Shown: positions 41,901 to 53,894, counted from the first letter of the whole stretch. The stretch: 62,486 nt of DNA, filler included, from Sphacelaria rigidula (GCA_964200075.2; 7 parts of 7 records of this genome joined end to end with filler, not necessarily neighbours in it), one strand, 5' to 3'. Translations and numbers: made by a program. Notes: generated by a model not told the origin, from the letters alone.

Positions 41901-43300
41901 GACTGTGTTCAACTGTCAGGTCGCTTATTCATATTGCTACTATTGGCACTGCTGGCGCTGTCACTGCCTAAACCGCGACCAGTACCACCGCAAATGTATG
42001 TTATGTAGCGAACACGTATTCCTCTGCTCGATGCTCGACGCACCAGCAAAAAAAGCCGGTGAGGTTGACTGCGTAGTATATCGGCCTCGTACGCTTCCGA
42101 CACCTTCATCCCCGCCGGAACCTTCTCCCTGTACTTCGCCACCTCCTTCTCCACTGCATCGCGGTGTACAGTGAGCTTGTACGATTGTTCCTTGCTCATT
42201 ACCCCGCGCATGAAACTGGCGGGCAGAAGAGGTTGGCGCCGCCATTTATAGGAGGGTAGGGTTTACACTACAAGCACGGCGACTGATTGCAGTTCAAGAA
42301 TTAGATACCTCAATGTCGCAACTATGTAATCTTGCTGCATGACGTGCGCGCTCTTGAATCTGTGCGTCTGACGCTAACAGGGACCACGGTCCCATGCCCC
42401 AATTCATGTGGCGCTGTTTGTACGTGGCGGAGTAGCTGATCCTGTATCTTTCGTACGTTCAGGAGGTAGTCGCGCTTGAAAAGACGTAGACCAATCCTGT
42501 CGAGGGGCGATAGCCTCGACTTGCGACACCTGGAGTCCGACGTCCTTTGCGCACTGGTCGAGGGCCTCCGTCCCTTTTTCGGTGAGGTTGATCAAGACCG
42601 TGAAAAAGGCGCTGATGATACCGTAAACAACCATGCGCGTTGGAGGGATGAAAGTAAGTGATGGGGGAGTGTATTGTGTACTAGCACGGCCGCCGTAGTG
42701 ACTGTGCATGTAGAATACATGTGACGCTTTTGCTCCATCGCTGTATGGTCCGCGTCATTCCATGGTAAATGTGCAACATGGCATCGCGTCTTACATATTT
42801 CTTTCAAGGGGACAACGTAAAGTGTTTTTTCATGTTAGAGGTTGTAAGGGGTGCATCACGTCATAGACGAGTCGAGCATCACCGTAGCACTCGTGACATG
42901 AAGGCAGTTGTGGTGCACTTGCCTGGCGAGCCGTAAGATGTATATCTCCTGTTGTGTTTCCGTTGCATTCTGGAACTCCGGGCGTGCGAGCATCTTTAGC
43001 GTCACATGAGTACGAACACCTTTGAAAGTGGCGAAATCAGGGTGTCCCTTGTCTCTGTCGTTCAGGTACGTGACATCCATCATCGTGTTCATCCCTACCA
43101 CCTTGAAGTTCGTGACGATAGCGACGTACTTCTGTAGCGTGGGCTTGCTTGGTTGGGCGCTTCCGATCGGCCTGCGTTATAACACAAGAGAAATCGGCAT
43201 GTGTGTCGTCCTGTTACATCCATGCTCGTCATAACTATGGATATTCGAAAATCTCAGTCCATAGTCAGAGCCCCAACCCCAACGCGTATCATCGATTTCG
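38922..43300 (-). pseudogene. Long decayed intronless coding region upstream of the SET domain
   Basis: Chain of protein-like minus-strand ORFs (38853-39407, 39760-39954, 40414-40887, 41016-41303, 41337-41657, 41909-42211, 42404-42709, 42856-43101) separated by stops and frameshifts rather than introns. Confidence 0.55.
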
Positions 43301-43584
43301 TTGGAATGTCGCGGCCTGAATCGAACACGTCGATGGTATGTAGGGGACAGCGTAAGGAAACATTATGGAAACGTATGCTCCATGATCAAAGGTTTGAGGT
43401 TTCGAGTAGGGGGGGGAGGAGGGGGGAGGGACCAAAGTAGGGGGGGGGAGGGGAGGGGAGGGACCAAAGTACGGGGGGGGGAGGGGAGGGGAGGGGAGGG
43501 ACCACCCGCCCGTGCCCTGGCTTTTTGCCGAGGCATTGGCGGATGCGGTCAGCTGCCGTCCACAGAGATCCTTTCCCGAACAAG

Positions 43585-43935
43585 GGGGCAAAGAGAATGA
43601 GCAGTTTTAAACCCCGCAAAGCCCATCAGACTTATCGATTGGTCGATATCCATCGGCTGGTTTTATTGCAACGAAGACGACGAAAAATAAAAACCGGGGC
43701 ATTTTCCAACAGAATGCCCCCCGGCAGCTGAGGTCTTTGGGCCAGAGCGGGCAACGAGCAGGATGGGATATGCGACCCCCGCAAGACCCACCGTACTTTT
43801 CGGGTTTAATATTCTAGTATTTTTTCATCAATTTTTTGCAACAAAGTTGGAAAATTTATTACAATCAAGATAATTTTCGATAATATACCCTCCTAGGGGG
43901 AGAAGGGGGCGTAAATTTACTCCGTGCTGCCGTCT
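43585..43935 (+). repeat. Diverged direct copy of the 35975-36400 repeat
   Basis: Shared motifs as listed for 35975-36400. Confidence 0.7.
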
Positions 43936-44606
43936 GGAGTATAGGTGGTGATGTCAACATGGTTGGAGGCGTCTCAACCTCGAGGATCCTGTCGTATTTT
44001 ACTGTCGATCACATCAATTATTTCCAATATCTCGGGATTGATATGCCTCTGTAAGTCGTGGTTGAAATATGGCCCTAGTCGATGTGAAAGATCCCACCCA
44101 CAGTATAATGCGTCCACAACAAAAATATCGGACTCCTCGTACTCTAGCATTGTACGCCAATGCACGTATTTCAGCCAAAAATACACGGTGGAAGTCACAA
44201 CATCGGAACCATTTGCCCCGATTTGATCGAAAAATAGTGGTAAATCGCGAGATCGTGACCCCCCCGATTTTTTCCCTCAGGGTTTAGTCCAAATCCGTTT
44301 CCATACAATACTTTTACCGTTTTTTCGCCATCGAAATGAGTTTCGTGCTTGCCACACAAGCGGGTCTGAGACCACGTTGTATGGTAACCAACCCGTATTT
44401 GCAGAAATTTTGGGATTTCAGCATATTCGAAGCCGATTTTTTCCCGTGGGTTGATTTTTCGGACCCGCAGTCCCTTGGGCGATGTTTTCTAAGGAACCTG
44501 AATTTCACTTTGGAGACTCGGAGGTTCCCACTTCTCGCGTGTAGATTCTTGTTTCTGCGTTTCAGTTGTGGGACTGAAGTCGGAGCTGAGGAGGGCTGCA
44601 GCGGTG

Positions 44607-44706
44607 NNNNNNNNNNNNNNNNNNNNNNNNNNNNNNNNNNNNNNNNNNNNTTAATTAATTAANNNNNNNNNNNNNNNNNNNNNNNNNNNNNNNNNNNNNN
44701 NNNNNN
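44607..44706. other. Artificial contig linker
   Basis: N44-TTAATTAATTAA-N44. Confidence 0.98.
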
Positions 44707-45290
44707 GTCCCGGCATTTTAGGGATGCGAGGTCAATGGTCTGATGACTATGGCATGCATGATCATGAGTACACCCCATGGATTTAGCGTCGGTTGGCAAT
44801 GACGCTGTGAAAAATTCCACTCACTGCGTAAGCTGGGCAACCGGATTACCGCGTATTTTCCCACTTGCGTCTTTTTTTTGCGATAGCCATGAGGGTGGTC
44901 GAGCTAGATCATATAGTACGCGGTGGGGGAACTTCTATTCCGCGCAGAGGGGATGATCGTACTACGCAGTGTTCAAATGGTTAGACACACAGGAGGCAGT
45001 GTGGAACCGGTGACTGTCTCCGGAAGTGGCAATACCAGAAAATGAAAGAAGGAACTCATCCCAGGCTGTCATTAATATGCCGGATAATCAGTACGCTGGG
45101 TGCTGAAAAATCTTTGCAGGATGCAGCTCACCCTTCATTCGACGCGCTGACCACATCACGGCGCTTCGCGCTTGCTGATTGGTTGTGAGCCTGGCCCAGC
45201 GAAAATCCGGTGTGCTCCGTCCCGGCTTTGTAGGGATGTAAAGTCTATTGTCGAATGACTACGGCATGCAAGACCGTTGGTACCCCCCCC
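44707..45290 (+). mobile_element. Family B poly(C) retroposon: 3' fragment (44707-44776) followed by a full copy (44773-45290)
   Basis: Two successive TAGGGATG..GTC.AT.GTC..ATGACTA.GGCATGCA..GTAC-C(n) ends. Body colinear with the other copies. Confidence 0.78.
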
Positions 45291-45461
45291 GCCCCCGCCC
45301 CCCCTCCCCTCCCCCCAACGAGACTATGATTTGAATCCTGGTTCGTTCCACTAGCCTCGCGCCTAACCCTCATCGTGTGAAGGTTGGTAGTTTTTATGAC
45401 TGTTCAACGTGTGAGATTTTTGTCCAGGATGCAGTCTTTTTTCGTTCTGTGTAGTAGCCGC

Positions 45462-45620
45462 TGCGACCCGGTGGTGTAATTGTCCGACTGTCGCCATTAG
45501 GGTTGAGAGAACGAGGGTTCGATTTCCGACGCGTTGGGTTTTTTCTTCGCGATGTATGATTTTTACCGTGGAAAGCGTGAAAACATGAATGAACAAAGTA
45601 GTCGACTGTGATTTGTGTGA
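45462..45620 (+). mobile_element. Diverged tRNA-derived SINE
   Basis: CCCGGTGGTGTAATTG (A-box-like) ... GGGTTCGATTTCC (B box). Confidence 0.5.
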
Positions 45621-46254
45621 TGACGTGGCACGTGGTGCCTCATCTTGTCTAATACTCTTCGGTAGAAGTCGAAATTGCTAGCGTCGGAAGATGTTGGTAC
45701 AATAAACAGATCATCCTCGAAACACACTGCTCAAGTCAGTGTTAGTTAGTGTTATCGGGCGATACGAGTAAATATCCCGTTTATCAGGAGGGTGTTGGTG
45801 ACCGTGAAACACAGTTGTTCGGATCTAGTGCAATGAGTAGGTAGAATTTTAAAACATGAAACAGCACATTTCTTCACAAAAATGATCGGGACGAGACTCG
45901 ATCGACCGAAAATAGTGGAGAGTAAGGATCTGGGCTGACACGTGGCAGGACCCCCCGATGACCGGTCAGCCGGTAAGTCACTGAATATTGAGTATAGATA
46001 CATATTTTTCTTGGGATGTAGAGCGAGTACAAATATATTTAGATCCCCAATGTGATCAGCGGTGGCAAGCGAAAAGAGCCCGAGAAAACCGCCAATCACG
46101 GAAAAATCACAGAATGCCACAAAATGATTAATTAGACCGCCCACCACTGTAATCGAGATAAATCACTTCTCGAATAATACTGTGCTGTACTTTGCGGTGC
46201 TGTTCTCTCGGAATCTAGCCACTGAACAAGCTTTTTTGTTCTTATTTTTTGTAC

Positions 46255-46530
46255 TTTCAACCGCTTCCCTCCGTCCGGACGAGTCCGTCATTTGAATGCA
46301 TCAACCCCCATCTCCCGCCCGGTACATCCACCTGCCTGGCATTCTGATATCGCGGATTGGATGATGACCACTCCAGCACCCCGTCGACGCTCGTCGAATT
46401 TTCTTTTTGTACTCACGCTCTCACGTTTTTGAGAACGAAATCTAGACCCTTTGCAAAAAGATCGTATCTATCGGGACTGGAATCCGCGACCTTCCGCCCT
46501 AGCTGACAACAGGTACACCACCAGGGCGCA
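46255..46530 (-). mobile_element. tRNA-derived SINE (~280 bp)
   Basis: Reverse complement GCGCCCTGGTGGTGTA..GGATTCCAGTCCCG head. Body GATATCGCGGATTGGAT..CTCACGTT is shared with 47690-47968 and 48135-48410. Confidence 0.6.
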
Positions 46531-46883
46531 ATGAACCCGAAAAATGCTTTTTGTACGGTGAAACACAGATCTTGAAGCGAAACACCATAGCCGCGCTATC
46601 TGCTTTTCATGCGGCGATAACAGTACCTGGTGGGGAATAACGGTGCAACATTGAAATTGAACTGAAATCATAGCGCTATCTGGTCGTTTTCCAGTGTGTA
46701 AAGTACGTTCCTGGGGTTCCTGGGGTTCCTGGGGTTCTATATCTCCGGTCCCCTAGACCACATCCACGAGAGGTCATTCATTCCTCACGACCAATAGCTT
46801 GCTAGTTGTGTGGTCTCCACGAAGCTACTCACTCTCGTTGAGATGATCAACTTGTCTGTGCTGCAAATATTCGCCAAACCTAG

Positions 46884-49800
46884 GCTTTACTTACAACAAG
46901 AGCACCCACACAGCACCTGCGGCAGCTAATCGTCCGGGTGGGCATCATGCCCCCACCAGCAATAACAATAGCTGTTCGTACCGTGCAACGCAGGCCGTTG
47001 GATTCTCCGTATGCCCGAGCAAAACTCAAGGAGAAACAGAGCAAGGGATTGAGCGGCCAGAAGGAAGTGGGATTGAGTGAGCTGGATCTGCTTGTTGGAG
47101 ATGTGCTGTACTTCAACAGTAGGGTACGTGGAAGCTGCTACGTGGTGAATGACGTTGTCCAAGTGCACTGTCATTCTTCATTCTAACGACGTGAGAAAGA
47201 AGTGCTGTGTATAGTCTACGCGCAATGTGGGTTCCACCGTCGTGCAATCGGTTACCAGCGGCACAAGACCACACTAGTCTGAGACCGGGTACTAAAACCG
47301 ACATGGTTCCATGTTTTGGCAGTAAGCGGCGTGGAACTTGGGGTGTGCTAGATAATTTCAACCCTCTGACGGTAAGATTTCGGGATCTTAATATATTGGG
47401 GTGGATTTTCGCACACTCGAAATAAGTCAGATCAAAGCAATGCCACAGTAGGGGTGCACTTTTCAGTCCAAACGTTTTCTGAGGCTGCACACTAAGGCCC
47501 ATATATTGGTCATCGCGAGGCCCCTACAGCAAAGGCTCAGGAAAAAAAAATAAAAAGTGCACCCCTATCGTGGCATTGCTCAAGTCATAATATGCCTTCA
47601 CAGTAACATACGTGCACTCAAAGCGGCCACGTCGTCGACAAGGGTTCGAATTGATCATGCATTTTCTTCCTTTTTTTTGTCGCGTTTCAACCCCTCCCTT
47701 CCCCGGAACGGTTCCGCGGTTCCAAGGGGCCAAGCCATCCCTCCCCCCGTAAACCCCTTACATATCGATATCGCGGATTGGATCAGTACTCCCGCACCGT
47801 CTCGGTATTCGTCGAATATAATATCTTCGCTACACAGACCCTCACGTTGCCAACGACGGAAGTCAGATACTTCTCAGAAAAACATCCAAATGAATCCACG
47901 GAGATTCAAACCGGCATTCTTCCGCCCTGACAAGTTTCATGCCCACCAGTTAGACCATCGGGGCGTGGAAAATGACAGCGTAAAGAGTCCGCTATTTCGC
48001 TATTTCCATTTTGGCAAACGCGATTAAATTACGTGCATGTGTACATGTATTTATGCATACAAATACAGCGATTGCACGGTGAATTCGCGTTTCACCTTAT
48101 CCTTTCCCCCCCCTTTTCCCCCGTCATTTTGTCAACCCCTCGCCACCTGCGGAACGAGCCGGTGGTCTCAAGGGGTCATCGACCCATCTCTCCTCCGGTA
48201 CATACCCGAAAGTTTGGCGTCCGGGCTTGGACTAACAGCACTTCCGCGCTCCGTCGACTCTCGTCGGATCTTCCTTGCTTCTCTTATCCTCACGTTTTCA
48301 AGGATGGAGAACAGATCCTGGACAAGAAGGTCACATGTGCCAGGATTCAAATCTGTTCCCTTACGTTCTAACGAATTTTAGCGGTGTATCACCCATACCA
48401 CGAAGCGCGGACGCGATGTTTTGCTTTCTTTTCCCAGATGTTTCATGATGGCTACAAACCTCCATGAGTTTCACTAGCGCAGTCGCTCTTCTTCCACCTA
48501 CGACTCTAATTCCTCCCTGTGCAGCGTTTTTATGCTCCGTCTCGAAAGGGATGCGTGGTCAATGGTCAAATGACTAAGGCAAGCAACAAATGAGTACGCC
48601 CCCCTGTGCAGCGTTGTGTCTTGATGTACGGCATGCAGTGAGGCATTGTATATAGGGATCCATATTAAATGGACCTAAAGGAGCGAAGAGCGTGTGCAAA
48701 GGAAGCGTCCAAGAGCAGCATGTTGATTGGTCGCCGCGAAATCAACGCGCCAGGCAACCAATCCACGTGCAGTTTTTGGGCGCTTCCTTTCTCTCTTTGC
48801 TTCTTATTTTCGTTCCGTCAAGATGACCCCTAACGCACTGCAACGAATACAGTATGGTAGGCGGTGGGACGGAAAACAGCAAGAGCGATCGGAAAACCAA
48901 GAAACGACTCTGGTGCGGAGAGGGTAGAATGGCTCTACATTCACGTAGTAAAAGCGGCTCGATAGCGGGTGAGGGCAAACCGCAGATAACCAGTCGGATC
49001 AGTTCAGCGTGGTTCGGGAACCGGCGGTGGCCAGTGTGTGGTATGTGGCGCTCCACGCGGGTCAGGCTTCTTCATCGCCTAGATGATAACAATACATGAA
49101 AACTCTTGCATGAGTGCGGACAACTCTGTAAACGGAGCAAGGTTGCTGACCCCCGATGACGTGAAGGGCTTTGGAAACTGGCGGGTAGGAAGAAGTGAGG
49201 CCGATGTGCCGACCATAATGATGAACTAGTGCTGCGCGTTGGCACAGGTAACTTTTAGCAAACCGAGGGCGGACAACGCGCCGACCAGATCGCTTCATAC
49301 TAAGCCACGAAGTACTCATTCGGAAACGCTGAACAGTCTCAATAAGGAGAATAGATACCACTACGTCAACTGAATAGGTTGGCCTGCTGCTGTACTCGAG
49401 CGCATCTGTGCCTGTCCGCACAGCTTAGAGCTATTACTCAGGATGGGGTGGCCAAATAAGAGTGTGCGGGTCGGGGGCATACATTGTGGCGACTACCGTG
49501 CGGTTCTGTCTTAGCACACATGACTGTCAAGGCCCGCTACCGTAAAGGTTTAGTAGCTTCAGAGGTGGTAGGGTGCGAGTACGGGGGCGGGTACAACGTG
49601 TCCATACCCCAGGTACCGGGAAACACTCGGGTCTTTACTTCGGTCAATACTTCAGATACCATGAATTACTCATGTCTCTTGTTCAGTAGATATCGCGAGT
49701 ACCCTCACTTACTCATGTTTACTTTTTAGTCGACACCAGGTGGCAGAGGTTTGCCATTTCTAGGAGGGGGGGAGGGGGGGGGGGATTGTCTTCTGTTTTT

Positions 49801-52800
49801 GTTCCCCCCTTCCCTTTCGTTTCCTTTCCTTTCTTCTCCTGCCCTGTCCTTCTCTTCTCTTCTATTCTATTCTCTTCAGCGAAAGTGTTTGGGTTTTGTT
49901 TTGTCTCGGGTAGGTCTATCTTGTGACCACGGCTCAATCCCTGGGTGATCAGTGAAAAATGTGACCATCAATCAGTCAATCAATCAACGACAGGTACCCT
50001 TGACACATCCCGGTGTCCTTTACAGCCCTTGGAATCCTCGGGGATATTCGGTATCTTCCGGAGTCGATAATCTAAGTACCCTTCAACACTATAATAGGTA
50101 TATTTTACCTGATCTACCGTTCGAAATATCAGGTTTGAAGCGGTTTTCACTATGTGCTCGTTTCACCCGACTCTACACTTGAGCCGTTATACTTTGCCAA
50201 CTGTTTTCGCTTCGTGTGCCCCTGTGTTGTTCTGCCTATTTCCTCCTGCGCGTGCGGGGGGGGGGGATTCCCGTTACAGATGAAGGTGCTGTTCCGAGAT
50301 AAGATGCAATGGATGCCGCAAACGCTAGACATCGGGGAGGAAGCGAGCAAGCTGGTCGAGGATGTGGAATGGAGCACCAGGTGATTTTTTTTTACTGTTT
50401 CGTTTCCGAACTGGCTTATATAGTGTAATCTTCCGGGGAGCGCGGTCTTGACGTTCCCAGTGTTCCATATTTCCTGTCTCCTAGGCAACATCTACGAGAA
50501 GTTATTCTCCACGACCAAACAGCGTTCTAGTTGTGTTTTCCCCTATGGGAGCCTCGGTCTCTTCAGGGCTAGCGACCTGCATGTACTCCGTATTAAATCT
50601 ATATACACAGACTACCAGAACTAGAGCCCCGAAACAGCCGTCGCAGTAGCCAGTCTTCCACGGTAGCATACTTGATGTGCTCAATCTCATGGATATGTTT
50701 TGTCGAATTTCCACTTTAAACCCTCAACCCCTTCCTCAGAAAATATCTAAGTCTCCAGGCTCCAACATACCTGTCGCTCCTGCGATGCAATGCCTGCACT
50801 GCATTGCCGCAGCCCGTCTCGAATTTTGTCTGATATCTTTTTATCCTCCCGCCTCCCCAGTGCTCCATCTCGCAAGATGTGTGGTCAATGGTCAAACGAC
50901 GCAGGCATGCAATAGATGAGTACCCCCCCCCCTTCCCCACTCAACAAACACGTTCTCTACCGATTTTGTGAGAGAGACCACAACCGGAAAATAGTGGCTG
51001 TTAATAGCACTTCCTACTTCTAGGAGAAAAAACGTTTTTTTTATCAACATTGGCTATCTTGGACCTTCGGAGGCAATTTTCGAGGGAAAAGACGGCCAGG
51101 CGGGTAACGTCACGTCGAATTGAGAAATGACTTGCTCTACTGCGTGAGAAGATTCCAGCATACTTTGGCCATTTTCGGTGCTCGCATTTTCAGTTTTGGC
51201 CTGAAAATATGAAAAGGCGTAAACGTTGTACATATGTCGAAGTCCCCATAGCAAGTGCTGTTTATGTGTATTTACCTCAGCCGGTCGCCCCGGTGGCTCA
51301 GTCGGTAACCTCGACACCCTCTGACGGTTGGATCGTGGGTTCGAATCTCGGAGCGATCTGGGATTTTTTCTCACACAAAGCCCAACAGTGGAGAGCGACC
51401 ATGTCGTGGGTACACAAAATTCGACTTCAAGTTCGACGAGGGAAAGGGACTGCTGAACCCCTCTCGCGATAAAAAATGAAAGCAAGCACTGCAGAAAAAA
51501 GGGGGAGAACTAAAGCAAACAAGGAAACAAAACTCCTGTGTTGGCCACCCTCCTGTCTGACCCCGGCTGGTGCGTCCACATATATCGAGAGGTGTAGACC
51601 GGCGACCAGAATAGATGGGACGACAAGACCTCAGGGACGTGATGTTCAACTTCAGATCACGGCTAGATTTGGATCGGAAAAGTAATTGTGCTTCAATTAA
51701 TCGGATCTGCCAACATTTTCCCGATGTATCGGCGCGGAAATATCCATGCATGCGCCTTAGGCGCCAGGTGAGGGCACAAACCTGATGATCTTTAGGTCAT
51801 CACCCATCGGATAGTGGTGCACGTTTCGACAAACGGCCATACCACGGCTACCTGTGGTGAAATACGCGGGAAGCTCTGGTGCTGTGTCTTCACGGCTGGA
51901 TTCGTGAGCGAAGCAGTTATTGTGCGGCAATCAATCAATCGGTCGATTCAATCAACCAGCATCGTACTTTGTAGTCGGAAACGACAAACTTAGGATATCG
52001 ATCCCAACTGTCCACGCGACCCGGCACATGTTAGTCGGCTAAATATATGAAAATAACACATCGATTCCATTCACAATCTGAACACGTGTATTACAATACT
52101 ATATAAAAATAGCGAGTCTTTGTTGACCGGGGGGGAAATCGCAACAACAATCCGTTCTACCGGGATTCGTAGCTGCAAAATCCGCCCGCCCCACCGAAAC
52201 ACGACCCCAGAAAACTGACCCTAACGGCCCTCAACACATCGCCATGCCATCCCTGTCACCACCAAAACGGACACTTATTGCTCATTTTTACACCAGGCAA
52301 ATAAGCAGGCTGCTAGGTATATCCACCCGAACGGAGAAAGACAACACAGCCGATTCTTCTCCAGGGACTAGCGACGATGACGGTCATTCTCAGAGTCAAC
52401 CTATCGCGGGTGAAAACCAAGACCGGGACGAGAACCAAAATCAGAACCAGAACCAGGACCAGGACCAGTCATGGATGTCGATGTCCGACAGGGTAAAAAA
52501 ATTGTGGCCATTTGGCGCTGGTGGGAACAATCAGGCCTCCGAGGTTCTTGGTACTGATTCCGGTGACAGTCCTGAGAATGATGTCGGCAGCTATGGCGGC
52601 GCAAAACGATCAGTAGCGAGGGTGCCAAAGAAGCGGAGAGGTGATAGCGGTGTGGGCAAGAGACGTGGTGAGGGTGAAGATAGAGAGACGTCGATGGAGT
52701 TAGAGCGGTTGTTGGAGGAGATGACCAGCTACGAGGGGAGACTGGAAGGACTTCTGGACTTGCAGAATGGGGTGGACGTGACGCGGGTTGTGGCGGACCC

Positions 52801-52820
52801 CGAGACGGCGGCTGAACCAG
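46884..52820 (+). CDS. Uncharacterised protein, three internal exons (46884-47123, 50280-50380, 52297-52820)
   Basis: Canonical AG/GT boundaries with compatible phases (0, 2, 1): ..DLLVGDVLYFNSR|MKVLFRDKMQWMPQTLDIGEEASKLVEDVEWST R|QISRLLG..LERLLEEMTSYEGRLEGLLDLQ. Contains a low-complexity QN/QD tract. Confidence 0.7.
47690..47968 (-). mobile_element. tRNA-derived SINE copy
   Basis: Reverse complement CGCCCCGATGGTCTAACTGG..GGTTTGAATCTCC. Body shared with neighbouring copies. Confidence 0.6.
48135..48410 (-). mobile_element. tRNA-derived SINE copy
   Basis: Reverse complement ..GATTTGAATCCTGG B-box-like. Body CCCATCTC..CCGGTACAT..CGTCGAC.CTCGTCG..CTCACGTTTT is shared with 46255-46530. Confidence 0.55.
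48529..48604 (+). mobile_element. Short family A poly(C) retroposon with a 14-bp TSD
   Basis: CCCTGTGCAGCGTT duplicated at 48515-48528 and 48602-48615. Confidence 0.88.
50860..50932 (+). mobile_element. Short family A poly(C) retroposon
   Basis: GTGCTCCATCTCG..TGGTCAATGGTCAAACGAC..ATGAGTAC-C run, flanked by C(C/T)TCCCCA. Confidence 0.75.
51283..51470 (+). mobile_element. tRNA-derived SINE
   Basis: GGTCGCCCCGGTGGCTCAGTCGG (A box) ... GGGTTCGAATCTC (B box). No complete cloverleaf and no T-run terminator at the expected place. Confidence 0.65.
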
Positions 52821-53479
52821 GTGAGACTCTGAAATAGCCGCGGTCGGTCGATTCATTTAGTGATAGATGGATCACAAGTTGCCTTGTTGTATGAAGTCAT
52901 TGGTTTTGAATTCAGCCGTAATCGCAACTCTTTAATCACCATTTTGTTCCAAATGCATCCAAGAAAATACCCATTCCCTGCTATATCGCAAAACGTTGAC
53001 GTCTGGTCTCGTGTAGTAGTGCGAGGTAACTTTCGATTATTGTCCGTTCGGCCAGGTGTTTCACGTCTTGGATGTTTAACCTGTCATCATGCTTGTATAT
53101 ATAAATCCCGTGACAAAAGTGTAATCAGCGCTTATCAAACATCCAGGTACGAATAATATTTTTGAATAAGATAGACGAACGTCTGCCCCAGGTTGAATAA
53201 ACGCACTACCTCGCGAAGACGAACCTCGGGGGGAAAAAAAAGGAGGATAAAGGCAACTCAAAGAGCAGAAGTAGGAAAACAAAGACAAAAAAATCAGAAA
53301 AAAAACACAAGAGAAAAAAGCAAGTGACAAACAATTGCAGTTGTGCATTGCAGTAGCCGTCGTGTACGGTGTACGCACGCATTCAGGCGCTTTTTGGGTT
53401 CCAAACACATAGACCTGCATATGAAGCACAACACAAGCACAAGTGTCCCGCAGTGTTGTTTTTTAATTTTGTCATGATT

Positions 53480-53546
53480 GGTCGCCCCGGTGGCTCAGTT
53501 GGTAACCTCGTAACCTTCTGATGGTTGAGTTGGGGGGGTCGATTCC
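53480..53546 (+). mobile_element. tRNA-derived SINE head at the contig end
   Basis: Matches the reverse complement of 26826-26883. A box plus GGTCGATTCC. Confidence 0.7.
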
Positions 53547-53646
53547 NNNNNNNNNNNNNNNNNNNNNNNNNNNNNNNNNNNNNNNNNNNNTTAATTAATT
53601 AANNNNNNNNNNNNNNNNNNNNNNNNNNNNNNNNNNNNNNNNNNNN
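53547..53646. other. Artificial contig linker
   Basis: N44-TTAATTAATTAA-N44. Confidence 0.98.
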
Positions 53647-53894
53647 CCCCATCGGGGGTCCGCCCCTACAAAGCCGGGACGGAGCACGCCGGGTTCTCGC
53701 CGGAGCAGGGGGGGGGGGAGGTGATGTACAACGTACGGGTCCTGTACACTGTAAGCTACGGGATATTGTGTCATGTTTCGCTTTCTGTTTTCCTGATGTA
53801 AAATATGGTTGCTGCAATATCTTGAAGCGAATACGCTTCTTTCTAGATTTGATTCTTGCTGCTTCGTGCTGCTTGCTTGCTCGCTCTGCTGCAG

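Noticed and set aside
42856-43150. ParB-like domain at the start of the decayed ORF chain
   Set aside because: Only a vague resemblance. The diagnostic DG.HR motif is not visible.
51283-51360. Possible tRNA gene
   Set aside because: A and B boxes are present, but there is no convincing acceptor or anticodon stem, and it continues into a body shared with SINE copies.
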